64,000 bases of DNA from Octopus vulgaris (lineage: Eukaryota): positions 7,254,001 through 7,318,000 of the forward strand of contig OX597838.1 in NCBI GenBank assembly GCA_951406725.2, given 5' to 3'. Position numbers and translations under genes: made by a program. The notes under the pieces were generated by a model. The model was given only the letters and a program-made list of their open reading frames with translations, was not told where the DNA came from and ran no database searches. Of the stretch, positions 25,711 to 39,499 are shown in pieces; within the stretch, counting starts at the first letter, position 1, and every line of letters begins with the position of its first letter.

Positions 25711-26680
25711 GGCGGCGAGCTGGAAGAATCGTTAGCACGTCGGGCGAAATGCTTAGCGGTATTTCGGCTGCCGTTACGTTGTGAGTTCAAATTCCGTCGA
25801 GGTCGACTTTGCTTTTCATCCTTTCGGGGTCGATAAATTAAGTACCAGTTACGCACTGGAGACGATGTAATCGACTTACTCCGTTTATATGTCCTTGTTT
25901 GTCCTCTCTGTGTTTAGCCCCTTGTGGGTAATAAAGAAATAGGTATTTCGTCTGCCGTTACGTTTTGAGTTCAGATTCCGTCGAGGTCGACTTTGCCTTT
26001 CATCCTTTCGGGGTCGATAAATTAAGTACCAGTTACGCACTGGGGTCGATGTAATCGACTTACTCCGTTTATATGTCCTTGTTTGTCCTCTCTGTGTTTA
26101 GCCCCTTGTGGGTAATAAAGAAATAGGTATTTCGTCTGCCGTTACGTTGTGAGTTCAGATTCCGTCGAGGTCGACTTTGCCTTTCATCCTTTCGGGGTCG
26201 ATAAATTAAGTACCAGTTACGCACTGGAGACGATGTAATCGACTTACTCCGTTTATATGTCCTTGTTTGTCCTCTCTGTGCTTAGCCCCTTGTGGGTAAT
26301 AAAGAAATAGGTATTTCGTCTGCCGTTACGTTGTGAGTTCAAATTCCGTCGAGGTCGACTTTGCCTTTCATCCTTTCGGGGTCGATAAATTAAGTACCAG
26401 TTACGCACTGGAGTCGATGTAATCGAATTACTCCGTTTATATGTCCTTGTTTGTCCTCTCTGTGCTTAGCCCCTCGTGGGTAATAAAGAAATAGGTATTT
26501 CGTCTACCGTTACGTTGTGAGTTCAAATTCCGTCGAGGTCGACTTTGCCTTTCATCCTTTCGGGGTCGATAAATTAAGTACCAGTTACGCACTGGAGTCG
26601 ATGTAATCGACTTACTCCATTTATATGTCCTTGTTTGTCCTCTCTGTGCTTAGCCCCTCGTGGGTAATAAAGAAATAGGT
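25711..26680 (+). mobile_element. SINE A pentamer: one head plus five 184-bp tandem units, with flanking duplication
   Basis: Units start 'ggtatttcg' at 25758, 25942, 26126, 26310 and 26494 and end at ~26678. 'ataggtacagctccat' lies on both sides (25687-25702 and 26675-26690). Confidence 0.95.
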
Positions 26681-27158
26681 ACAGCTCCATACGACATTCC
26701 GTCACACATTTTCCGTTTGTACGATTTTTCAGGTAATTATATTATCGACGCAGAATTTAGTGAATATTTTTCCTGTGCAGTAATAATCCGCCCTGGCGAA
26801 ATCGAAACTATTACCGCAACGATAACTGCCGGGCTATACCTGCACCCATCGTTTATCCGAATTTAGTTCATAGCAACGAATTGCATCAATAGAAAAATAA
26901 AAAAGAGCAGATTACCGCTTGAAATAAATATTATAAATGCGTCTCAGAGAAACAGCAAAGCCTTCCAACTGACTCTCTCTCTCTCTCCTCTCTCTCTCCC
27001 CCCTCTATTTGTCTCTCTGTATATCGTTTTCTGTATCTCGTTCTAAATCTTACTCTTTCTCTTCCTTAGTCTCAATATTACTACATATGTTGCCATTATT
27101 ATTGTATTGAATGTCTTTGGAACAGGGCAGAATTTTCGTTTCTTCTATTTCTTATTCA

Positions 27159-27282
<124 letters not shown>

Positions 27283-27891
27283 TTTATTATTTTGCTTTGT
27301 ATTGTTTTGTTTTTATCTTTTGTGTTCTTTTACCTTCTTGTTTGATAATGGGAATAGAGAAACATGCGGGGGTGGGCTGGCGGTTAAGAAGTAACGGAGG
27401 TACGGTTATGTCAGCTCATAAATGTCTATCTTATTGATCTTAAGAGACACTCCTGATAGATTAGGTATTATATAGCTCCCCGTTGGGCATCGTCATAAAT
27501 CTGAAAGACTTGTCTTTGATAGAGATAACTTATAGACGTTTCGACTCTAAATTTGGAACGACTTGGTCGTATCGATCAGGATAATTGCTTGATTTAGACA
27601 GGGAAGGCGGGGAAACAGGTGGTGACGGACGAAGAGATTTAGTCTGTAGCGATGAAGGTGGTGGTGGTGGTGGTTTTTGTGGTGGTGGAAAAAGTGGTCC
27701 GGGTGTGTGAGATATTGCTGTTAGGCAATGAGGAGGGGTTGGGGGTTGGGGGCTGAAAGGAAAAAAAGAAGAATGAAGTAGGAAAAACAAATATAAAATG
27801 TATTATCAGGATATATATATGTATGTATACATACATATACATATATATATATACATATATATATATACGTATATACATACACACACACACG

Positions 27892-27924
<33 letters not shown>

Positions 27925-28064
27925 GTCGTTGTCCAGATAAATTGTATTGAATCATTCTATTATATTAATTTGCTACGTGTATGTATGTGTGGACATACAT
28001 ATCTATCTTTTATCTATCTATCTATCATCTTCCACTCTCTATATACATATATATGTGTGTGTAA

Positions 28065-28155
<91 letters not shown>

Positions 28156-28288
28156 TATATATATTTCTACATATACACATATATATCTACATGTATATAT
28201 ATATACATATATGTTTATATATCAATACACACACGCGTGAACACACAATGAGAAAAAGAATAAGATACAGACTTCGAAATAAATGAAC

Positions 28289-28324
<36 letters not shown>

Positions 28325-28387
28325 ATGTGTGCGTAAATGTATATCTATTCATACATTTATATATTTATATACATTTATTCAAATCCA

Positions 28388-28418
<31 letters not shown>

Positions 28419-28743
28419 GTTTATAATGAGAGTGAGAAAGAGAGATAGAGTGAAAGAAAGAGAGAGAGAAGAATACATACTCAAATGCACTCGCACTACA
28501 CATGTTCGTCAAAAAGTTTTAACCCATCAAAAAGCGTTTTATTTTTTAAATCTAAATCTCCACCTGAAGGGGCCGATTTAAAAAAAATTACTGGTTGATA
28601 GAGAAGAAAAGGGAACGTAGAGAAATTAAATCAATTGCACAATATAAACTGCAGTCTGTCGGTTCCCCAGTCGGACATATATAAGCGAAAATCGAAATAG
28701 CATGTTTAAACTTCTCGCCAGGAACGCTTGCAGCTGCTATGTA

Positions 28744-28783
<40 letters not shown>

Positions 28784-29009
28784 CCAAACGTGAAAACACA
28801 AAGAGAAGCTTATATTAAATAGCAACTTTGTCAACCAAGTAATGTATTTCTGTGTAAGGACACAAAAGCGATATATTGCATTGTGTAAAAATGTCGCGTA
28901 TGAATGACAAACGTTTCAGTACCAAAACCCATGTCGCTGTTATCACTTTCCTGTGTAGCTATGTTGATATTATTGTATATATAATAGTGATTTCTTTATA
29001 TCTTTAGAG

Positions 29010-29500
29010 GTACTGGTATGACTGTATGGTAAGGAGTTTGCTCGCCAAATATGTTTCCGGCTTCAGTCACACAGCGTGGCATTTTGGGGGGTTTTTTTTA
29101 GCATATGTATTCCATTGTAAACCTGGACCATCCAATGACAAAGGAATAGATTTGGCAGACTTTAAAAATATGGCTGTGTCTGCCTCTGTGATTTTGTTTG
29201 TGCATTTGTGTGTGATTTGTATGTGTGCGTGTGCGTGAGCGCGTGATTGCTCTTTCTCATGCGTGTGTGCGACTGTGTTTGTGTGTGTATGTGTGAGTTT
29301 GTTCGCGTGTGTATATGTTTGTTTTTTTACCATCGCTTGAAAACTTGTGTCGGTATGTTTAAAACCCTCTGACTTAGTGGTTCGATAACATAGACATATA
29401 TATTAAGTACTGAGTTTTATAAAATAAGTACATAACATTCTGCAGGCGATTGAAAGTAGTACTCCAGCATGGCCGCATACAAACGATTGAAAGAAGCAAA
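29010..29500 (+). mobile_element. SINE C (old, diverged)
   Basis: gactgtatggtaag...ccggcttcagtcac...ctccagcatggccgca, with an internal (TG)n. Confidence 0.7.
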
Positions 29501-31255
29501 ACATAATAAATATTAAAAAATATTTGCTTATTCATCTCCTTCTATTTATTTCTTGCGAATAGTTTATTTATATTTCTACATTTATTCTTATCTTACGAAT
29601 ATTATATTTTAGCTTTGCAAAATAAAATTAATCTATTTACTTCCATTTCTTCCATTTATTACATTCATTATAAATATTAATTGCCTTATATCTACTTATT
29701 AACTTATATAACTTTCTTTTATTTGCTCAACGAAATTTATAGAATAATAATTCGTATCTGATAGCGACATACTTCAGTCTAAGTTTACTCAAGTTAAATA
29801 TTATTAACATTTATATTAGGAATTCCATTACTTGCATTAACGGCCATTTTGGCTTGTTTACTTTTACGTCTAGCAATTATTGATGCTTTTATGTATTATA
29901 AATAGTAAATACTATTCTCTCTTTGCACGTCCTAGTATGTGATTTTATATCCATATACCTTTTACTTTTTATCTTTTATTTGTTTCAGTAATTTTCCTAC
30001 AGCCTTGCCAGGTTAAAGAGAATAAACAGACCAATACCGTTTGTCAGACAGTGGTGGGCGACTAGCACAGGCACAAAATATCTAATTCTTACTTGCCTCC
30101 ACCTGAAGAAAACGTCTTTTCTTTTGCATGATATAACACTCCTATTCGTCAATAAAATATAGATTTGAAATAGTTTATTGTATGTATTTTAATATGATTT
30201 TGTATGCTTTTACTCTTATTTATTGTAAATATAAAAAATTTGGGAATATGAGACAGAAGTGTTGCATCGGAGAATGCAGATTGATGAGAAGTCGGGTCCG
30301 CATTATGTGCAGTTTTCAGAAACTAAATAAGAAGAAATCTTATGAAATGTTTTACGTAAGATAGTTCAATGCCATGGACAGTATCTCCTCCAGTGCATCT
30401 CCCCAATGGCTCTGGAGCCTTCTTACAAAATGCAAGAAAAGTAAAGCGTTGAAAGATAAAGCATCAAAATGGATAATGCTAAACTCAGAAATACAATTGC
30501 TCTAATAATTCTGGATTGAATACTATTTCATTTCTAATATCGATTTCATGGAAATTAGTATTAGGGGGTGTAACTCTTGTTTACCTTTCCATTTTCCGTT
30601 TTATAATTTTATCTTGATTTTTAATTTATACCGGTTCGTTATTTTGCTTTTTCTAACCCCGTTTCATGCACTCACATTACTCTCTCGTTTCTTGACTTTT
30701 CTGAGACACCAGCGTCCTTCCTCGTTTTGTTTTCAAATAACATCCACCATGTTGTAGAGTAAAGCCTGAAGGACTCTTAGCAAGCACACAGCATGATATA
30801 AAAAAAAAAAACGATGGGTTCGTTGTTTCCATAGCATAACACTAAAGGAGCTCGTATTAAAGTACTGTGTATATTAAATAATATTCCGCATTCACTGGAT
30901 GGAGTGTATATATTGCTACACCTACCAGCAACGGAACAGTTAGCAATATACTTACACATACATTAGTGTATGTATACGTGTCGTTGCGTATGCATGTATA
31001 GAAATGTATGTATATATATATATATGTATATATATGGTTTAGTTGATGGTTTTATAATTTCATACAAAAATAATATGTTATTTATATGCACAAAATGCAT
31101 TTATTGTTGAGATATGTGTATATATTTTTCTATGCTGCAATAACCTTCTCTACTCTATAACCAAATTTTAAGCACCGTTCTCAAGTATCATTGGGCATAT
31201 TGAAGAGTATCGGAGCCTTATAAAGAAAACATTATCATCAGTAACATAAACTTAA

Positions 31256-31289
<34 letters not shown>

Positions 31290-31575
31290 GTAGCTTGCTT
31301 TCACTTCACTACCGAAGGCAGCTTTGTGTGCCTTGGGTATATGCTGTGGTTTGCTGTGATACTCTTATGGTTACTGTATTGAAAGTGTTTTGAGTAGGCT
31401 GTGTGCAGTTCCCAGTAGTGCAATTTTCTGTATGTTAAATATATTTGTGAGTCATGGTGTTTTAGTTATGTGTCTACTATAATAGGAATTGTTTCTGTTT
31501 TTAGATTCCACATTCGCGTTATCTCTATTTCCAGGTCTTTGTATTTCGAAAGTTTCTCCATTTCTTTTAGAGAAA

Positions 31576-31577
<2 letters not shown>
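31290..31577 (-). mobile_element. Dong/R4-type RLE non-LTR retrotransposon 3' fragment inserted in (TAA)n
   Basis: Peptides EKLSKYKDLEIEITRMWNLKTETIPIIV and NIQKIALLGTAHSLLKTL match the K..KY.DL..EI.RMW...IPIIIG...IQK..LLGTA end of restriction-like-endonuclease LINEs. Flanked by (TTA)n on both sides. Confidence 0.85.
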
Positions 31578-31622
<45 letters not shown>

Positions 31623-31917
31623 ACTATCTGGTCGTGTGCATGCATAAACATGCATATTTATATATGAAAGAATGTATATTTTATACGCACTTATGTGTAA
31701 CCACACGCAAACACAAACGCACACATATACATATACATACACACACATATTTATATTTGTACATATACATATGTATATATATATATATATATATACATAC
31801 ACATACATATAGAGATATACGAATACATATATATATATTATATATATATATATATACCTACATAGTTCTGGGTGTGTATTTGTGGCATTGAATATACATG
31901 TGTGTGTCCTTGTATTC

Positions 31918-31969
<52 letters not shown>

Positions 31970-32471
31970 GTATCGTTGGCTAGATTAACATAGAAGCCCA
32001 TTCTTATTTGTACTTTTATTTATGGATGTTCACAATTGAAATCTATGATAAATGTTGGTAATATGAATTTTAACATCATTGTGAAGTTACATAAGTGTAA
32101 TGCGAATATAATTACTTTGACAATATATCTTCCAACAGCGTTCGTTTGGATAATTTTCCTTTGCTTCTTTTGAGGTCTTTTGGTGGAATATTTTTAGGTT
32201 TTCATATATTTTGTTTCCTGTCATTCGTTTTATTACCACGCATGTTCTCCACACGGTTTTTATGAATAGGTCTGCGTATGTGTGTACATGGCTATGTACG
32301 TGTATGTGTCTACGAATATATGTATATACTATGTATTTCTTTCTGTACATCCTTTGACAAAACACACGCACACATGTAGGAAGACATGCACACAAACATG
32401 CAACAACACACATTCAGTATGTATGTATGCATATACACAAATCTCTGTGTGTATGTATAAGAATGTATATG

Positions 32472-32502
<31 letters not shown>

Positions 32503-32591
32503 ATATGTGTGTGAGTGTGTGCATGTATGTATATTTTTGTCTTTATTTAAGAGATATTTTTGTAATGTATTTAGGCATAACGTTTATGTAC

Positions 32592-32638
<47 letters not shown>

Positions 32639-32649
32639 ATACACATAAA

Positions 32650-32690
<41 letters not shown>

Positions 32691-32697
32691 ATGTATG

Positions 32698-32744
<47 letters not shown>

Positions 32745-32797
32745 TTCTGGGCGTGTATGTAGCATTATTGAATATATATGTGTGTGTCCTTGTATTC

Positions 32798-32857
<60 letters not shown>

Positions 32858-33789
32858 GCATACATGATGTATGCCTGCTTATATTTTTGAGAGTATGTAG
32901 GCAGCCACGTATTTCTGTTAGTATGCATGTATGCACACATCTATGCATGTCTGACTGAATCTACGCGTGTGTGTATGTCTGTATGTTTTACGGATATTAC
33001 TTGTGTGTCCATACGAGAAATTTTTTCCTCTATAAATCTAATGACATTTTAATGCATTTTAAAACCTAATAAATTCGAAAACTCCATCAGATATAAAATA
33101 TATTATATTCGTTTGTGATGGCAAAATAGTTGTTAACTTCTATGATTGATTTCCTATGGAGATTTGTGTTGCTTTAACATCTATTTCTAACTGTCAGTAA
33201 CCCATACAATGTTGCTATATAGACGCCATTATATGTTCACATATGTGCGGAAATGAACGAGAAAATATAATAATAGGCGAGCATAACGTTTTCTGTATAT
33301 TTTATTCGTGTCTCCTCTAAGAGGCTGCATTGTGATATAAAACTGGCTATTGAAGTACATCGCACCTTTGTTAATATAATTATAACCCTAGGTGTGTAAA
33401 CTATGTGTTTATGGAATTATTCATTGCCACCTCCTGTGAAAAGGTCGATAAGGTTATACTCATGTTTGATATTATTTTTTTGATAATGTTATGCTATTCT
33501 TGTTGTTGTTATTGCTGTATGCGTAATGCTAAGGTGGGCGTTACAATGTGGCAATACGGTAAATAAATTGCGTGCTGTGTTTATCTGAAAAGATATGAAT
33601 ATGCGTTTAAGACGTTCGCTTTGCGAATAAGTGGTTTACGGTACATTCACATTGGTTAGGGCCTTGAGCGACAAGCGTCTTCTACTTTAATCTGTGGTTG
33701 CCCAATGAACTGCGATCGAAATATACCGTATATATTGACCCTGTTATCTCCCCTACTGTCCCTCTCGCGTCTGACCACTGTTCGAAGTC

Positions 33790-33975
33790 AGGACGCCATG
33801 ATAGATCGTTAGCTCCTACACGCATTTTCTTCTCGCTTTGTTTCTCTCCTTGTTTTTTTCTGTGTGTCCTTCTGTCGAAGAGCGTAGGCTCGAAACGTAA
33901 AATACTATTTCTATTCCTGAGCGCTATACAAATACATGCCTTCGTCTTTTGTTTATTTACGTAAACTTTCCCCTT
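33790..33975 (+). mobile_element. Hammerhead-like element, copy 3
   Basis: cctt-CTGTCGA-A-GAGC-gtag-GCTC-GAAACGTA at 33868-33899, with the same flanks as copy 2. Confidence 0.75.
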
Positions 33976-34847
33976 TTATATATATATATATATATACACA
34001 CACTAGCAATGCATCCTGGCGTTGCCCCGGTGTTAAGACCTACAGCCACATCGTATTATTTGTTACTTTCTTATCGACAGAATCTTGTGAAGCAAACAAC
34101 TCGTCTTTGTAAACAATGCCGAAATTGTTGACACCAAAAACATAAAAGGGCAGCTTAGATTAGTAACGGAATCCTAATATTTCCCTCGGAATTACCTAGA
34201 CCTACGGATTTAAAGAACTGGATGAGGCATGTGGACGTAGATGTATCAGTATTGCAGAATGTAATGTACATGGAAAGAAAACTGTTTCATAGTGAAAAGC
34301 ATCATCTCGAATGTTTTGGGCGGACTGAACACTTCAACCTATGTTAAGTGAAGCCGATAATGCTTCTGGGTAAAATATGTTTAGCGCATGTCAACTGTTG
34401 GTAGAATAAATATAGAAGCCATCTGCACTGCTAACTCGAGAGTATGCGACATATAGTTATCCACGAGAAAAGCAGGGTATTTGTAAATTATTGAGAGCCA
34501 CAATTTTTAAAGTTTCACACTGGGCTTTATTGATTGTCATATCGGAGCATAATTGTACTGGGAACTGGAAGCGCTTGAATTGAAATGACACGCTTGAAGG
34601 AATAAGGGTCATGCGTGAAATGTATGTGATCTCTCTTCGATGACAGCCGGCAATAATGGTTGCTTTTAGGACATGACTTAACATTGTAGTTACAGTCAAT
34701 CTTGCATAGTCGTGGTTGGTCGAAATTCCTCGGTGCACCTTTCTTTAGGGAAAAGTAATGCGGTGGCAGTCCTATGGGTTGTAGAGAGTTGGAAAATTCA
34801 GCAAGGTATTCAACAGTGGCATGTTCGTCAAGAGTAGTATCAATTGA

Positions 34848-35080
34848 AGGCGGCGACCTGGCAGAAGCGTTAGCACGCCGGGCTAAATGCGTAGCCGTAT
34901 TTCGTCTGCCGTTACGTTCTGAGTTCAAATTCCGCCGAGGACGACTTTGCCTTTCATCCTTTCGGGGTCGATAAATTAAGTACCAGTTACGCACTGGGGT
35001 CGATGTAATCGACTTAATCCGTTTGTCTTTCCTTGTTCGTCCCCTCTGTGTGTAGCCCCTTGTGGGTAGTAAAGAAATAG
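34848..35080 (+). mobile_element. SINE A with 14-bp TSD
   Basis: TSD gtagtatcaattga at 34834-34847 and 35081-35094. Confidence 0.95.
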
Positions 35081-35436
35081 GTAGTATCAATTGAGACAAA
35101 CGTTGAAGCCCCTCCAGGTAGAATGTGGAGGAGTTCATGGATTAATTTATCAACGCTTTCATTCCGAGGATCTGAAATAGCTCTCTCTGTGAACCATGCT
35201 ATGTTTTTGAACTTATCTTTTCTTTAAGCTCGGCCAATGTAGACACCATGTACCCACATTGCAGTACATGCTGTTGCAGGGTGTTATTCAACGGTAATGC
35301 GCCATTTCCAAATTGTAGAAGTTGATGAAAGAATTCCTCATCTAATGAAAGCTGACGAACAAACCTCCACAAAGGGGAAAACTTCAGACACACATAGATA
35401 TCGTCAGTTTGCGTACCCCATTGTATGACTGGTAAG

Positions 35437-35665
35437 GGCGGCGATCTGGCAGAATCGTTAGCACGCCGGGTGAAATGCTTAGCGGTATTTTGTCTACCGT
35501 TACGTTCTGAGTTCAAATTCCGCCGAGGTCGACTTTGCCTTTCATCCTTTCGGGGTCGATAAATTAAGTACCAGTTACGCACTGGGGTCGATGTATTCGA
35601 CTTAATCCCTTTGTATGTCCTTGTTTGTCTCCTCTGTGTTTAGCCCCCTATAGGTAGTAAATAAA
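35437..35665 (+). mobile_element. SINE A
   Basis: Full head (tggcagaatcg; gagttcaaattcc) and body gtcgactttgcctttcatcctttcggggtcgataaattaagtaccag, which resembles the conserved MetaSINE-type central domain as I recall it. Confidence 0.93.
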
Positions 35666-35909
35666 TACATATACTTGTTTATATCTGTGACGTCACTGCC
35701 CGCTATACTTTTGTCACATGACAGTAGGATTTGAAACGTGAGTGATATAGTTGCACTTTCTAGCAAATCAAACGACTGCATTGTAACTCCCTCGTTGGTT
35801 CCGAGTTCAGATAGTGTTTTGCATGCTTCGCTGCCCATAACGGTGATACTGCAATCCTCTCGACGAAGATCGATATTCGCTTTTCAATCGAACCGAGTTT
35901 ATATGATTC

Positions 35910-36380
35910 TATCATCACCTTATCATCACTGTCGATATGGTCGCCGTGTTCCTTGTCATTCTGATCGTGATCTTCGTCATCATCGTTGTCATCATCATCA
36001 TCATCATCCTCGTCGTCGTCGTCATCGTCGTCGTCGCCATCATCATCATCATCATCATAGTCACGATTATCACCGTCATCCGCTTGTCATCGTCGTCGTC
36101 GTCGTCGTCATTTTCGTTGGCGTCACCATCATCATAATCACCATATTTATCATAATCATCGACACCACAACCGCCTCTTACGAAAGTCATCAGTGAAGCA
36201 ATCACCACAACGAAGTTCACCACCATCATCATTATCATCACCACACCCGCCACCACCATCAACACCACCACCACCACCACCACCACCACCACCACCACCA
36301 CCTCCAACACCACCACTGTCGTCACCTCCTCCTCCTCCATCCTCAGCTCTCCCGTCCCCACCACCACCACCACCACCAAC
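35910..36380. repeat. (CAT)n/(CGT)n/(CAC)n microsatellite field
   Basis: Direct reading. Confidence 0.95.
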
Positions 36381-36810
36381 CCCTGACCCTATTCATTATC
36401 GTTATCTCCTTACAACGAACGTGTTTGAATTCCTGCCACGCATGATCAATGATCTTTGTGATTCATCGGTATCAATTTTCCAAATTTCCTTTTAACACAG
36501 CCATTGACGTATAGCAAAAGATAAGCCACCAATCGTGTCTGAAGTGCCAATTCATATCAAATGGAAAACGCATAAAAGCCACAAAATCACGATCATATAT
36601 TCCCATCTCCAAGTAAGCGAATATTCTTTATTCATACGGTGGTAAGCCGTAGAATACTTGTTAGATATAAAACGGTGAGTATATCAAGACCATTCCGTAT
36701 ATATGGATTCCTTAAGCTTATTTATCTGGAAGAGTATGGTCATGCTGGAGTATCGACTTATGAGGACGTATTCCACTAGTTAATATCCAGCATTAATACA
36801 TTAATCCACA

Positions 36811-37239
<429 letters not shown>

Positions 37240-37636
37240 ATTTTATCGTGGATGATGTGAAGGCATACAAAATGCAACATGGAGAAAAGAAAAAAGGCTG
37301 ACAGTAGCAACAACTCTCCGACTATGGGCACATGGCTTGAAATATATGGAGAGGGGGATAGTCGGTTGCATCAACCTAGTATTTATTCGATCGAGAGGGA
37401 AATGAAGAATTTGGCGGAATTTGAACTCAGAATTGAAGGACTGATAAAGCATTTATTTCCGCGTATTCAAGACTACCAGCTCGACTGCTTAATAACAATA
37501 AACCCATAACATTTATATGGTTGTCATTCCTTCATTTCCGACGTTCATAACCAGCGGGAGTAGGTGACCAATCTGATATGCATTAAAAGCAATTAATCAA
37601 TAGACGGATCGATTGAAGTGTTGTTAGGAGAAATAA

Positions 37637-37998
37637 GTGGAGGCGCAATGGCCCAGTGGTTAGGGCAGCGGACTCGCGGTCGTAGGATCGCGGTTTCGAT
37701 TCCCAGACCGGGCGTTGTGAGTGTTTATTGAGCGAAAACACCTAAAGCTCCACGAGGCTCCGGCAAGGGGTGGTGGTGATCCCTGCTGTACTCTTTTACC
37801 ACAACTTTCTCTCACTCTTACTTCCTGTTTCTGTTGTTGTACCTGTATTTCAAAAGGGCCGGCATTGTCACTCTCTGTGTCACGCTGAATATCCCCGAGA
37901 ACTACGTTAAGGGTACACGTGTCTGTGGAATGCTCAGCCACTTACACGTTAATTTCACGAACAGGCACCCTCGTCGTCGTAACCGACGGAGTGCTTCC
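37637..37998 (+). mobile_element. SINE B (tail type 1) with 11-bp TSD
   Basis: TSD aggagaaataa at 37626-37636 and 37999-38009. tRNA-like head; 3' stem-loop cgtcgtcgtaaccgacg. Confidence 0.95.
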
Positions 37999-38689
37999 AG
38001 GAGAAATAAACATCTCGAGCGTGCCCTACGTCCGGGGATAAATAATAGAGAATTTGATAAATAGATATCGTTCATGCGACTATCATAGCTGGAGCACAGA
38101 AGTATTTTGAGTATAAACAATGTGGGGCCAGAAAAGAAGCCTATTTTTATTCAAATCTCTCAAAGCCGTATCCTTCACTGCACGCTTTTGTTACTTATTA
38201 CGGCTACGATATAGATTGCTTCAGGTGGATTTCTTTACTTCGCATGACTACACACGCAGCTCAAGTACCACTGAGGGGAACCTCTACGCCGAGGCTCAAT
38301 GTAAACCATTAATACCATTTAAATCTACTTATATCTACCGTTTATCGGATCTTCAGGATGTTAATAGGAAATGACACACTGGCTTGTGAAAAACGGAAAT
38401 AGTCGTAAATCCGGCACTTGGATCAGCGGTTTATCAGTTTATATTGACCTGGAATTTAAAACGCAGCAACATTTGCTACGACAAAAGAGAGACAGGAGCA
38501 TTAAGAAAAGAAGATTTGACGAAACTACCAGAGAATCAATAAGTGTTACATAACCGCATGCAACCTTAAAACGGAATACTGAAGTCGTAGATTTCTAAGT
38601 TATTACTTATCTTAATAAGTGGACGACAATCTTGTTGAGGCAAAATTTTGAAATTATTAGCCTGCCAAATCGACTCTGATATTTATGTC

Positions 38690-39040
38690 CTTACTTTACT
38701 AGACTCATTTGCTGAACCGCTATTTTACTGAATATAAACAAACTACCACAGGTTGTCAAGGGGTGGTAGGTGAAAACACTATACACAGAACAGACAATCA
38801 CACCTGTGTATATGCGTATGAGCGTGTGTGTGTGTGTGTGTGTGTGTGTTTGTATGTGTGTGTGTGTGAGAGTGTATGTGTGTGTGTGTGTCTGTATAAT
38901 GAGCTCCATTAAGTTACCATCTACTAAATCAACTGGTAAGGCTTTCGTTGTCTCGTGGCTATGATAAAAAACATTCGTCGAATGTTCCGCGCGTGGAAAT
39001 GAGCGAAAATTCAACTCGTTGGTAAGCAGACATCTTAACC
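38690..39040 (-). mobile_element. SINE C (old, diverged)
   Basis: ttgctgaaccgcta...ggttgtcaag...ccatctactaaatcaac...aaggcttt...ggctatga. Confidence 0.6.
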
Positions 39041-39499
39041 ATCGTTGAAAAATTGATGATGAGGACTAGAATTAAATCCTCATTAAGAGTAACAAAAAAA
39101 TGGGGATAGTGGCTTTCATTTTAGGCTTTACAAGTGCTCTACTGCGACAGAACAAATGCAACACTAAAAATATATAAATGGTTGACATTTTTTTATGGAA
39201 GAACATAACGAAATACGAGATTCCGGTAAAATACTTTCGCATTTGCGGATACAAATTGTGTTTAACCGTCACTGGTGGATTTGAACCCAGAACGCAAAGA
39301 ACAAAAATTAATAACGGAAAGAAAATTTTAACGTTGTAATAATCCGGCACGCTTATTTTTACTATCACCGGTTGAATAAATGGTAAAATTGACTCCGCGA
39401 GTATTTGAACTATGAATGTAAAGAGCGGGGGGAAATTGGGCAACGGATTTTTCCAACGATTCTGACAGTTCACTGTGATTATGGCAGTGATGTCATGTC

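Larger units (their letters stand above)
34003..35800 (-). mobile_element. Decayed Helitron (PIF1-like helicase relic plus 3' terminus), interrupted by two SINE A copies
   Basis: Frameshifted motifs CLKFSPLW..V..L.L, EFSNSLQPIGLPPHYFSLKKG and RMTLIPS..FQFKRFQFPV..MTINKAQ.ETLK..CFSRG*LYVAYSRV. Minus-strand 3' end ccggggcaacgccagg hairpin + CTAG|T at 34003-34030. The 35680-35800 part is weaker. Confidence 0.85.

Noticed and set aside
25599-25856. Recurrent ORFs like MRNWYLIYRPRKDERQSRPRRNLNS (also 35199, 46625, 50687, 57155)
   Set aside because: Antisense translations of non-coding SINE A copies.
25758-26678. CRISPR-like regular array
   Set aside because: Whole 184-bp units are repeated with no unique spacers, there are no cas genes, and the context is eukaryotic.
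30093-30102. Possible 10-nt minus-strand microexon (ttttcttcAG|GTGGAGGCAA|GTAAGA)
   Set aside because: Not frame-preserving and the pyrimidine tract is short, so it is plausible by chance. A similar 17-nt case near 60277-60293 was rejected for the same reasons.
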